Shown here in pieces: positions 35,919 through 44,249 of a stretch of DNA of 51,020 nt. Source of the stretch: Blastocatellia bacterium (GTDB lineage Bacteria > Acidobacteriota > Blastocatellia > UBA7656); NCBI GenBank assembly GCA_036554605.1, contig DATBMY010000447.1:1-51020 (forward strand), read 5' to 3'. Position 1 is the first letter of the stretch. Each line of letters starts with the position of its first letter. The position numbers and the translations under genes were made by a program. Under the pieces are notes generated by a model. That model ran no database searches. It was not told the origin of the DNA and saw nothing but the letters and a program-made list of their open reading frames with translations.

Positions 35919-38900
35919 CTAGAAATTAAACCTGAGGCTCGCGCGAATGTTGCGCGCGCCTCCGCTCCCGCCGAATGGGCCGCCGCCGCCGACGCCGCGG
36001 TTCGCTATGCCGAAGAAGGGCGAAGTCAGCGTCCCGTTGTACGGTCCGGGATTGAATCGGTTGAAAATGTTATTAACGTCGATGCCGAACGTCAGATTGT
36101 ATTTGTGACGCGCGCCGCCACCGAACGGGCCTCCCATTACCATGCCGCCGCCACCGCCACCGCGCTGGACCATCATCTGCGGGCCGCCGCCGCCACTACC
36201 TGCCCCGGCCCTGCTGCCTCCACCGCCGCCACCGCGGCGTCCGCCATCGCCCCCGCGATTGCCGCGCTGGTTCTGATTCTGAGCCTGGGTGGTATTCTGC
36301 TGGCTTTGCTGTCCTTGGCTCTGACCCGCGGCCATTCTGGGAAAGTTATTCGGCGCCGCGCCGAAGCCTATGGTCTTCGAGATTCCCATACTGACGGTGA
36401 AGAAGCCCGGCCCCTCACCGAAATTGCGCGGGATGATCTCCTCGCCCGGTCGCGGGTCAGGGTTGAATGTGCCGAAGGGCGTCACGATTGCTCCCGGATC
36501 GTCAGGGTCCGCAAACGACGGGCGGTCGCTGAAGACGCTATCGCGGTTGTTGTCGCGCCCGGTAACGATGTTAAAGGGTCTGCTGCTCCACGCGTTCATG
36601 CGAGTAAACACGCGCACGTCCCACGGGAGTGTAGTCATCACCATTGCATACATCGAGTGGCGGGAGTCATTTCTATCTCGCCCCCACTCGGTCGAAAGAT
36701 CGTACGGGTCGGCCGGGTTGCTGTACGCCCCATCCGTATCGTTTCGCGAATGACCGAGCGTGTAGCCGCCAAAGAAATTGAACCTCGGATTGATCTGGCC
36801 GCGCACGTTAAAACTCAACTCGTGACGCTCGGAGGTGCCCGTCGATTCGAACTGGAAAATAGGCCCCTGGCCGGGGAAGGGAAGCACCGGCTGCCCATTG
36901 TTGATTGCTACCGGCGCATTTATATTGCGCGAGCGCAGAAGGTGCACCCCGCGAATCCACCTGTAGGTCACGGCCCCGAATATTCTCCTCGGGAACTGGC
37001 GCTCGAAGCTGGCATCAGTCCTTATCGTGTAAGGCGCGTTAAGCTCTTCGTCCTTGATTCGTATAGTCGACTGGCGCGGCGTTGCGCCCCCCAGATCCGG
37101 CGGCACGTTCGTAAAGAAGTTCGGGTTGATGATTACGAACTGCTGCTGGTGCAGCCCGTCGAGCCGTATCGTGTCCGAGGTGATGCCGGTGTTGATCCAG
37201 TTATTGAATATGCCACCGCCGACGCGTATTGTGTTCTTAGTGCCCTTCGGCGACCAGGCGGCGCTCAATCGCGGCGCGATATTGATCTTGTCTTGCAGGT
37301 GGGTCTGGAAATCATGGCGCACCCCGTATGACAGGCTGAACTGCGGCGTCACGCGCCAGTCATCCTGTATGAACCATCCCATCTCCCACTGCGAAAAACC
37401 TATGAAGGGATCGCCACGGTTAATTGAAAACTGCGACGGGCGGTAGCCCGGCACCCCGCGCACCACGCGACTGTAAAGCTCTATCGAGCTGATGGCAATC
37501 GGCGCGCCATCCGGCCCGATTATGATGCTGCCGTCGGGGTTGCGCTCGAAGTCGCGCCCGAAGGTGAAGGTGCCGCCAAAGTTTGACTGGTTGAGATTCT
37601 TGAGCCGCTCGCCTTCAGCTCGGAAGCCTGCCTTGATCGTGTGGGTCTTGTAGGTGTAGGTGAGCGTGTCCGTAAAGTCGAGGTTCTGGTTCTCGTTGTC
37701 GGTGAACTGCTGGCTGCCGCCGCCGTTGAACGAGTCGAGCACGTTTATCGCTATCGCGTCGGTGATCGAGAGCGAATCGTTTCTGCGACGGCTCAATTGC
37801 AGGCGCATCTCGTTTACGGCCCGCTCCGTAGCTATCGTAGTCAGCGAAAATCTGATCGTGTTCTCGCTAGAAGAGGTTATCGAGCCTCGCTCGGGCAAGT
37901 TGAATCCGCCTCCCGATCCTCTCCTCGATTCGTTCTCGGAGTGACGGAACTGAAAACCAAGCGTGTGTTTCTTGGTCGCAAGGTAATCGGTCCGGATCGA
38001 GAAGTTTAAATTGCGGGTCGGCGCGACGATCGTGGCGAAGAACGGCTCGGGCAAAAACGTTACGGGGTCGAGCACCGTCGCGTTCACCACGTCGTTATTA
38101 TCGTTTTCAGTCCTGTAAAAATCGAAAAAGAAGCCCCACCGATTGCGGATGATGGGGCCGCTCAAGTGCCCGCCGTATGTGCGCGTCTGGTAGGGCGCCT
38201 TGAAGGACGCGAACGGGTCGCGCGAATTCATTGACTCATCATTGAAAGACAGGTTGAAACCGCCGTGGAATGTATCCGAGCCGGGCTTGGTTATTATCTC
38301 GAATCGCGCATGGCCCGGCTCGTTGTACTCGGCCGAAAACGGGTTCATGTTTATGTTTATCCGCTGGATGGCCTCTTTAGGCGGCAGCCCTCCGCGCTCG
38401 CGAAATCCGCCCACATAGATGGCCGCTTCTTCCCCGGCCGCGCCCGCCATCTGGCGCAGCGTCGCCAGCAGCTCGTCCGGGTCGTCGGGAAGCGCTTCAA
38501 GATCTTTTTCGGTAAGCGTGATGGCCGATAGGTTCTTGTCGGGCTCGGGCGAAATTCCGGCTTCGTTTTTGACTTCGACCTGCTCGGTGATCATCACCTT
38601 GAGCCTGATATTAAACGGCGCCGTCCGGCGCGTCGTCAGGTCGATCTGCTCTTCGAATCTTGCGAAGCCCTCGACTTCGACCGAGATTGTATAGATGCCC
38701 GGCTTGATATTCGTGAAACGAAACTGGCCGATATCGTCGGCGACGGTCGTCTGCTTGTTGCCCTGCTCGTCTTCGAGCGTGACGGTGACGGCCGCAAGGT
38801 ATGCGTTGGATTCATCGCCTACAGTGCCGCGAAGCTCGAAGCCGCCCTGGGCCAGAGCCTCGCCCGCGGCAGTGAGATTAATAAGGAGCAGAATCAAACT

Positions 38901-38927
38901 GAGGGTTATTGATAATGTTTTTTTCAT
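35919..38927 (-). CDS. Oar-like outer-membrane TonB-dependent-receptor-type protein with N-terminal CarboxypepD_reg domain
   Basis: Signal peptide MKKTLSITLSLILLLINLTAAGEALA. GTVGDESNAYLAAVTVTLEDEQGNKQTTVADDIGQFRFTNIKPGIYT is a carboxypeptidase-regulatory-like fold. Long beta-rich body with an aromatic C-terminal ...ASLRFNF. An alternative GTG start lies at 38936. Confidence 0.85.
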   Translation of the reverse strand: MKKTLSITLSLILLLINLTAAGEALAQGGFELRGTVGDESNAYLAAVTVTLEDEQGNKQTTVADDIGQFRFTNIKPGIYTISVEVEGFARFEEQIDLTTRRTAPFNIRLKVMITEQVEVKNEAGISPEPDKNLSAITLTEKDLEALPDDPDELLATLRQMAGAAGEEAAIYVGGFRERGGLPPKEAIQRININMNPFSAEYNEPGHARFEIITKPGSDTFHGGFNLSFNDESMNSRDPFASFKAPYQTRTYGGHLSGPIIRNRWGFFFDFYRTENDNNDVVNATVLDPVTFLPEPFFATIVAPTRNLNFSIRTDYLATKKHTLGFQFRHSENESRRGSGGGFNLPERGSITSSSENTIRFSLTTIATERAVNEMRLQLSRRRNDSLSITDAIAINVLDSFNGGGSQQFTDNENQNLDFTDTLTYTYKTHTIKAGFRAEGERLKNLNQSNFGGTFTFGRDFERNPDGSIIIGPDGAPIAISSIELYSRVVRGVPGYRPSQFSINRGDPFIGFSQWEMGWFIQDDWRVTPQFSLSYGVRHDFQTHLQDKINIAPRLSAAWSPKGTKNTIRVGGGIFNNWINTGITSDTIRLDGLHQQQFVIINPNFFTNVPPDLGGATPRQSTIRIKDEELNAPYTIRTDASFERQFPRRIFGAVTYRWIRGVHLLRSRNINAPVAINNGQPVLPFPGQGPIFQFESTGTSERHELSFNVRGQINPRFNFFGGYTLGHSRNDTDGAYSNPADPYDLSTEWGRDRNDSRHSMYAMVMTTLPWDVRVFTRMNAWSSRPFNIVTGRDNNRDSVFSDRPSFADPDDPGAIVTPFGTFNPDPRPGEEIIPRNFGEGPGFFTVSMGISKTIGFGAAPNNFPRMAAGQSQGQQSQQNTTQAQNQNQRGNRGGDGGRRGGGGGGSRAGAGSGGGGPQMMVQRGGGGGGMVMGGPFGGGARHKYNLTFGIDVNNIFNRFNPGPYNGTLTSPFFGIANRGVGGGGPFGGSGGARNIRASLRFNF

Positions 38928-39066
38928 GCTTATCACTTTTCAGCGCTATCTTTTTCAAAGAGTTCATGCGGGCTCGTGCGGCCCGACCGCCTCGCTGCCT
39001 GACGACTCTCCACAAACTCCATTACCGCTTCTCGCGTCAAAGGTTCCAATTTATCCACTGAGGGCA

Positions 39067-39495
39067 TCACTTCTTTTTGCCGTGTTCTTCTCTGTTTTCT
39101 CGCATGCGGTCCTGTTCCTTGACCATCTCTTCGAACTTCGGCAACTGCTCCGCGCTGAGCACGGCCCGCATCCTGTCGCGCCCCTGCTGTCGCGCCTCGT
39201 TAAAGCGAGGCTCGAACTCTTTCACCCGCGGCTCCATCTCGCTTCGTATATCTTTATACTTACTGAACGTCTCTTCGAGGATTGACCTGATCTGCGTCTC
39301 CTGCTCGGTCGTCAGCGAAAGCCTCTCGTCCATCTTCTTCAGGATACGGTTCGATGGATCGCCGCCGCGTTCGGGGCTGTTGGGACTCGCCCACTGCTGA
39401 TACAGATTGAGCGAGAGCGCTCCCGCCACAAATCCTATTACGAATACGGACACGACCAGAAGTCGCGCCTTGGTAGTGCTCGATCTACTTTCCAT
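39067..39495 (-). CDS. Spy/CpxP-family (LTxxQ) periplasmic protein
   Basis: TM/signal segment, then LSLTTEQETQIRSILEE and LSAEQLPKFEEM LTxxQ-like motifs. ATG 39495 (SD GAGGA) overlaps the anti-sigma stop by 11 nt. Confidence 0.78.
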   Translation of the reverse strand: MESRSSTTKARLLVVSVFVIGFVAGALSLNLYQQWASPNSPERGGDPSNRILKKMDERLSLTTEQETQIRSILEETFSKYKDIRSEMEPRVKEFEPRFNEARQQGRDRMRAVLSAEQLPKFEEMVKEQDRMRENREEHGKKK

Positions 39496-40018
39496 TCTCT
39501 TTTTCCTCAACCGCAACTAACGTCTCCAGCACGTCGTCAGCCGTGGGCTCGGGGTAATCGTAAAAGTTATTAAACATAACGCGCTCGCTCGGTCTTACGG
39601 TCGCCTGGGCGCTCGCGCCTCTGGGCGGCGCGCTGCTCCAGAGCAGTGTCGCCCCGATGATCAACGCGAGCAACATGGCCATGGCCGGTATCAACTGGCG
39701 CGCGGTGACAAATAACGCCGCCGTCCATGACTCTTCAGGTCTTGCCAAAAGCGATTCGGGGCCTCGCTCGATCCTCGCCCTCAGCGCTTTAAAGAACTCG
39801 GGACCCGGCTCGACTCGCTCGCTCGTCCCGGCCATATCGAGCGCCGTGTAATAGAGCGTCATGCTCTGGCGCTCGAGCGAGCAGTTGCGGCAACTGCCCA
39901 GATGGTTTTCAAGCGCCGCGCGCTCTTCGGCCGTGAAAGAGCTGGTTGGTCGCGCGCGCATCATCTTGCGCGCCTGCCGGCAGACGATTCCCATAACTGC
40001 ATCCTTCCTGATACTCAT
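39485..40018 (-). CDS. anti-sigma factor (zf-HC2-like) with one TM helix
   Basis: ENHLGSCRNCSLE motif and the central TM AALFVTARQLIPAMAMLLALIIGATLLW. ATG 40018 forms an ATGA overlap with the sigma-factor stop. The longer track ORF lies inside the sigma gene. Confidence 0.75.
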   Translation of the reverse strand: MSIRKDAVMGIVCRQARKMMRARPTSSFTAEERAALENHLGSCRNCSLERQSMTLYYTALDMAGTSERVEPGPEFFKALRARIERGPESLLARPEESWTAALFVTARQLIPAMAMLLALIIGATLLWSSAPPRGASAQATVRPSERVMFNNFYDYPEPTADDVLETLVAVEEKENGK

Positions 40019-40893
40019 TTTGACTTCCTCTGCATGCGCTCGCCGCTCAACACGAGCCTCTTCATTGCGGCTCGCAGCGTGCGCCTCGCCCTGAAGGCCC
40101 GTACCTTTACTTTCGAGGAACCCCATCCCGTCATATCCGATACTTCTTTGACCGAGTAGCCGTCCCGGTCCATCAACACGACGACGAGCCGGTCTTCCGG
40201 ATCGAGCTTTGAAAGCAGCCGGTCGGCGATCTCGGCCGCATCGCGCTGCCGCTCCTCGCTCAGGTGGCGGGCGCGGGCGGCTTCCAGCATCTGTATCTCC
40301 AGCCACTCGTCGTCGGCCGTCTCGCTCTCACGCGGCATCTGCTGCTCAATTCGACGCCGCTGCGCTCTCAGATGATCGTAGCAGGCGTTGACGGCGATCC
40401 TCGCGACCCAGGCCTCGAACGAACGGCCCAGCGTGAACGTGCCGAGCGAAAAGAATGCCTTTGCGAAGACTTCCTGCGCTATGTCCTCAACCATGTCGCG
40501 ACGGCGGAAGAAGCTGCCGATTATGCTGAAGACGCGCTGGCTGTGGCGTCGTACGAGCAGCTCGAAAGCGTCGGAGTCGCCCGCGAGGCTGCGGCGCACT
40601 ATCTCATCTTCTTCTTCGTTGGCCGGGGGCAGGACCGCGACCGAAGCGCCGGGGCTTTCATCAGCGCGCAACTCCTGCTCGCTGCTCTCTCTCCCGTCAT
40701 CGAATTGACCGATGACTACCTGCTCTACTTCAGCAGCGGAGTTAGCGAGCGGGCCGCTAGCCGTGCTATGCGCGTTGCGGTTCTTGGCCTGTTTCAATCC
40801 ACGCTCCACTGGTATTTGCGGGATGAAAGAGCGTCTCAGCCTCTTCGCCCCGGACGAAACTAACAACCCTCTTGAGTGTCGCCTCTGCTTCAA
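40015..40893 (-). CDS. ECF (group IV) sigma-70 factor, possibly with a ~95-aa N-terminal extension
   Basis: Region 2 AFELLVRRHSQRVFSIIGSFFRRRDMVEDIAQEVFAKAF and region 4 YSVKEVSDMTGWGSSKVKVRAFRARRTL. The start is uncertain: TTG 40893 (292 aa) or GTG 40599 (194 aa, canonical length). Confidence 0.85.
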   Translation of the reverse strand: MKQRRHSRGLLVSSGAKRLRRSFIPQIPVERGLKQAKNRNAHSTASGPLANSAAEVEQVVIGQFDDGRESSEQELRADESPGASVAVLPPANEEEDEIVRRSLAGDSDAFELLVRRHSQRVFSIIGSFFRRRDMVEDIAQEVFAKAFFSLGTFTLGRSFEAWVARIAVNACYDHLRAQRRRIEQQMPRESETADDEWLEIQMLEAARARHLSEERQRDAAEIADRLLSKLDPEDRLVVVLMDRDGYSVKEVSDMTGWGSSKVKVRAFRARRTLRAAMKRLVLSGERMQRKSK

Positions 40894-40936
40894 TATGGCG
40901 CAAAATGCCTGAACTAGATTTTAGCTAAACTTGATA

Positions 40937-40961
40937 AACGTAAGAAAGCCGTCTTTGTTCA
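40937..40961 (-). promoter_or_regulatory. candidate ECF-type autoregulated promoter TGAAC-N16-CGTT
   Basis: Minus strand reads TGAACAAAGACGGCTTTCTTACGTTTA, i.e. a GAAC -35 and a CGTT -10 separated by 16 nt, 44 nt upstream of the TTG 40893 codon. Confidence 0.45.
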
Positions 40962-41136
40962 GCTTTTTGCCCCCACCTGCCGGGCAGCGATATTATCGAT
41001 GCAAAGAGCTTTCGAGCGACCAGGTCAAGCCCGCAAATCCATAGACGGCCGGCCGCGCCGGGCGGTTACTTAAATTATTCCCGGTAATTTACGGCCACCC
41101 GCATCCTTCGATGAGAATTATTCAGGAAGCCCTCTC

Positions 41137-42600
41137 TCAATTCTTGCGGATCGTGTGGGCTTCGGTCGGCTCGCCCGCCATTGCGCCCTGGGCTATGAGT
41201 ATCGGCGCCCCGTCGCGGCTCAAACTCGGGAGCCTCATCCAAAACAGCAACGCCGCCACCAGACATAGCATGCCGCCAAAGGCAACCGTCCGAGGCGCGC
41301 CGAGCCTGGTCGCGAGCGCGCCCGATAGAAGGCTGCCGAAAGGCGCCATCCCCATAAGGCTCATGGAAAAAAAACTCATAACGCGCCCGCGCATGCGGTC
41401 GGGCACCATCGTCTGAAGCAGCGTGTTCGATGCCGCCATCTGTAGCAGCAGCGCAAATCCCACCGGTATGAGCAGCGCCGTCGAAAGCATCAATGAACGC
41501 GAGAGCGAAAAGAGTATTATCATCGCGCCAAACAGCGCCGCGCTCGCCGCCACCACCCGGCCCAGCCCCTCGACCTGCCTGCGCGCCGCAAGCGTGAGCG
41601 CTCCCGACATCGCCCCGAGCCCCGCCGCCCCCGTCAGAAAGCCGAGCGCGCTCGGCCCGCCTTCGAGTATCTCCGCGGCAAAGACCGGAAGCAGGACTAT
41701 GTACGACAGCCCGAATATGCTCACGAAGGCGACCATCAGCAGCAGCGCGCGTATGGGCCTTGTGCGGCGCACGTAATCGAACCCTTCCTTGAGGTTCGAT
41801 AAGGCCGAGCCCGCAGCCTGCTCGCTCGTTCCCGCTTTTGGGCGTATCACGAGCAGGCCGGCAAGCACCGCAAGATAGCTGACCGCGTTTACCAGAAAGC
41901 ACGCCCCTTCGCCCAGCCACGCGATGATTATTCCGGCCATCGACGGCCCCAATACGCGCGACGCCTGTATCATCGACGAGTTGAGCGCGATCGCGTTCAT
42001 CAGGTCTTGCTTGCCGACAAGCTCGACCAGGAATGATTGCCTCGCGGGAAGATCGAAGGCGTTTACGAGGCCGAGCGCGAGCGCGAGCGCGAAGACCGCG
42101 CCCACCGTGACGCGCCCGCTCAAGGTGAGGACCGCGAGTATCGACGCCTGGATCATCATCAGTATCTGCGTCAGTATGATTATGCGGTGGCGGCTGCGGC
42201 GGTCGGCCACAACCCCGCCGAGCGGCGTGAGCAGAAAGACCGGAATCTGGCTCGCAAATCCGATCAGCCCGAGCAGCCACTCGGAGCCCGTCAGACGATA
42301 GACGAGCCAGCTCTGCGCCACGCTCTGCATCCAGGTGCCGCTGAAAGAGACAAGCATGCCGAAAAAGTATATGCGGTAATCGCGATGATTGAGCGCTCGC
42401 GTGATCTCTCTTATGCGTTCGGCCCTGCCCTCTTTCTCTGTCACACTGGGATTGTAGTTAGCCGGTGGGCGCGCCTCAAGCGCATCTCGCGCGAAACTCG
42501 CCGGGCTTGACCAATGGGTGCGGCCGGCGCAGAATTCTAGCGAATGTCGAAGGATATAGTTGAGATGGCTGCCCGGATAGCGCGCGATCTTCAAGAGCAA
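41137..42600 (-). CDS. MFS transporter (MFS_3/EntS-like layout)
   Basis: NHRDYRIYFFGMLVSFSGTWMQSVAQSWLVYRLTGS...VVADRRSRHRII, with 12 predicted helices. The true start is probably internal (e.g. GTG 42444), because the first ~50 codons overlap the divergent UDG gene. Confidence 0.8.
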   Translation of the reverse strand: MLLKIARYPGSHLNYILRHSLEFCAGRTHWSSPASFARDALEARPPANYNPSVTEKEGRAERIREITRALNHRDYRIYFFGMLVSFSGTWMQSVAQSWLVYRLTGSEWLLGLIGFASQIPVFLLTPLGGVVADRRSRHRIIILTQILMMIQASILAVLTLSGRVTVGAVFALALALGLVNAFDLPARQSFLVELVGKQDLMNAIALNSSMIQASRVLGPSMAGIIIAWLGEGACFLVNAVSYLAVLAGLLVIRPKAGTSEQAAGSALSNLKEGFDYVRRTRPIRALLLMVAFVSIFGLSYIVLLPVFAAEILEGGPSALGFLTGAAGLGAMSGALTLAARRQVEGLGRVVAASAALFGAMIILFSLSRSLMLSTALLIPVGFALLLQMAASNTLLQTMVPDRMRGRVMSFFSMSLMGMAPFGSLLSGALATRLGAPRTVAFGGMLCLVAALLFWMRLPSLSRDGAPILIAQGAMAGEPTEAHTIRKN

Positions 42601-43425
42601 CTGGAGTTTTATCGCGAGATCGGGGTCGAGGATATAGGCGGCGCGGCCGGCTCCCGGAAACGGGCTCCGGAAGCCGGTTCCAGGGAAATGCCTTCGGAGA
42701 CCGAGACCCTGGCCTTAGGCGAGCCCGCGCTCGCCGTCGAACCGGAAGATATGCCCAGAAAAAAATCACAAACCGAGCAGGCAGGGTTGTTTGGCGATTT
42801 CTCCGGCGACAACGGGTCCGGCAGCGCGCCTCGCTCGAAGGCGGCCGCGCTGCCGGTCATCGCCGTTGACCCGTCGCTTGAGGCGATACGAGAAGATATA
42901 GGCGAATGCACCCGCTGCAAGCTGCACGAACACCGCAGGAATATAGTCTTTGGCGAAGGAAACCCGCACGCGACGCTCGTCTTCGTGGGTGAAGGGCCGG
43001 GAGCCGACGAAGACGCCACGGGCCGCCCTTTCGTGGGCCGAGCGGGCCAGCTGCTCGATAAGATAATCGCGGCAATCGGTCTCAAGCGCGAAGACGTCTA
43101 TATTGCGAACATAGTCAAATGCCGGCCGCCGGGCAACCGCACCCCCGAGCGCGATGAGGTCGCCACCTGCGAGCAATTCCTCTTTCGCCAGCTTTCGCTG
43201 ATAAGGCCCGCCGTCATTGTTGCGCTCGGGTCGCCCGCGTTTCAATGTCTTGTTAGAACTCGCGAGCCTATAACAAAGGCGCGTGGTGAGTGGAGAGAGT
43301 GGAACGGTTTCAAGGTTATGCCTACTTACCATCCGGCTTACTTATTGCGCGTGCCCGAGAAGAAACGCGAGGCATGGGAGGATATGAAACAGGTGCGGGA
43401 CTACCTTAACAGCAAACCGCGCTGA
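42544..43425 (+). CDS. family-4 uracil-DNA glycosylase with ~110-aa low-complexity N-terminal extension
   Basis: CTRCKLHEHRRNIVFGEGNPHATLVFVGEGPGADEDATGRPFVGRAGQLL...NIVKCRPPGNR...PTYHPAYLLR motifs. Confidence 0.85.
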   Translation: MSKDIVEMAARIARDLQEQLEFYREIGVEDIGGAAGSRKRAPEAGSREMPSETETLALGEPALAVEPEDMPRKKSQTEQAGLFGDFSGDNGSGSAPRSKAAALPVIAVDPSLEAIREDIGECTRCKLHEHRRNIVFGEGNPHATLVFVGEGPGADEDATGRPFVGRAGQLLDKIIAAIGLKREDVYIANIVKCRPPGNRTPERDEVATCEQFLFRQLSLIRPAVIVALGSPAFQCLVRTREPITKARGEWREWNGFKVMPTYHPAYLLRVPEKKREAWEDMKQVRDYLNSKPR

Positions 43426-43471
43426 GGGCGAAAGTATTGTGATCGAGGCCCTGCGAGGCCGAAGTCACGGC

Positions 43472-43813
43472 TCAGGGAGCGGTGGTGTGGGCGTGAGACG
43501 AAGACGCCCGCATCCGCAAGAAGCAGTCGCGGCAATAGACGGGGCGGCCCTGCGTAGGTCTGAAGGGCACGGTCGTCTCTATGCCGCACAGCGCGCACTT
43601 GACCGCTACTTCGACGCGCTCGCGCGGGAAGGCTTGCCCGTAAAGCGCCATGTTGGCCGCTATGCGGTCGTTCTTCTCTTTCTTACAGGATTTGCACCGC
43701 TTGGGATCGTTCTTCAAGCCCTTGTCCGCGAAAAAGAGTTGTTCCCCGGCGGAGAAGATGAACTCTTCTCCGCAATCGATACATTGAAGCACCTTATCCT
43801 TGTACTCGTACAC
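43472..43813 (-). CDS. zinc-ribbon domain protein (two CxxC...CxxC units)
   Basis: GTG start with SD AGAGGAGG. CIDCGEEFIFSAGEQLFFADKGLKNDPKRCKSCK and CALCG...PVYCRDCF patterns. Confidence 0.75.
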   Translation of the reverse strand: MYEYKDKVLQCIDCGEEFIFSAGEQLFFADKGLKNDPKRCKSCKKEKNDRIAANMALYGQAFPRERVEVAVKCALCGIETTVPFRPTQGRPVYCRDCFLRMRASSSHAHTTAP

Positions 43814-44146
43814 TGTGGGCCTCCTCTTGATACCGTGGTCACCTCAGAGAGTCGCGTCCGTCATCGTCAGGGATCGCAGCGTCGAATTCTACTTGTGTCA
43901 ATTATTATGTAGGCGAGTAGAATCTGATCTCCCTGAAGGACCTGACCACCTGCTTGCCTTTTAGCCCGCTGCAATCATAAGCAACTTCCCGCCAAACTTG
44001 GTTAAAAGCTCGATAACCAACCTGAGCGACTGCCAGCCATTATCGCTTTATTTATTGTTGTGTCAAGCAGTTTGTGGAAAAAAACTACCCCTTCGTCCGG
44101 CCCCCGAAAATGGCCCGCGGCGCACACCGCGAATAGGAATTAATTA

Positions 44147-44175
44147 TTGACTTGAGAGGAACTCTCTGGTACTTT
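44147..44175 (+). promoter_or_regulatory. candidate promoter TTGACT-N17-TACTTT for the 44250 gene
   Basis: Hexamers and spacing read directly, about 75 nt upstream of the ATG. Confidence 0.3.
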
Positions 44176-44249
44176 GCGGCCAGAAAGAGAGCTTTTCCTG
44201 CCCCTTCGGTTACCGCAAACCAGTTCCCCCTTTTCCCAAAGGAGTATCA

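Noticed and set aside
35700-37331. 543-aa plus-strand ORF antisense to the Oar-like receptor gene
   Set aside because: It lies entirely inside a well-supported minus-strand gene. The composition is dominated by Ala/Arg/Pro/Gly, typical of antisense frames in GC-rich DNA. It has no SD and no motifs.
41075-42280. 401-aa minus-strand ORF in an alternative frame of the MFS transporter gene
   Set aside because: An Arg/Gly/Ala-rich shadow frame. The MFS frame has 12 clear hydrophobic helices and family motifs.
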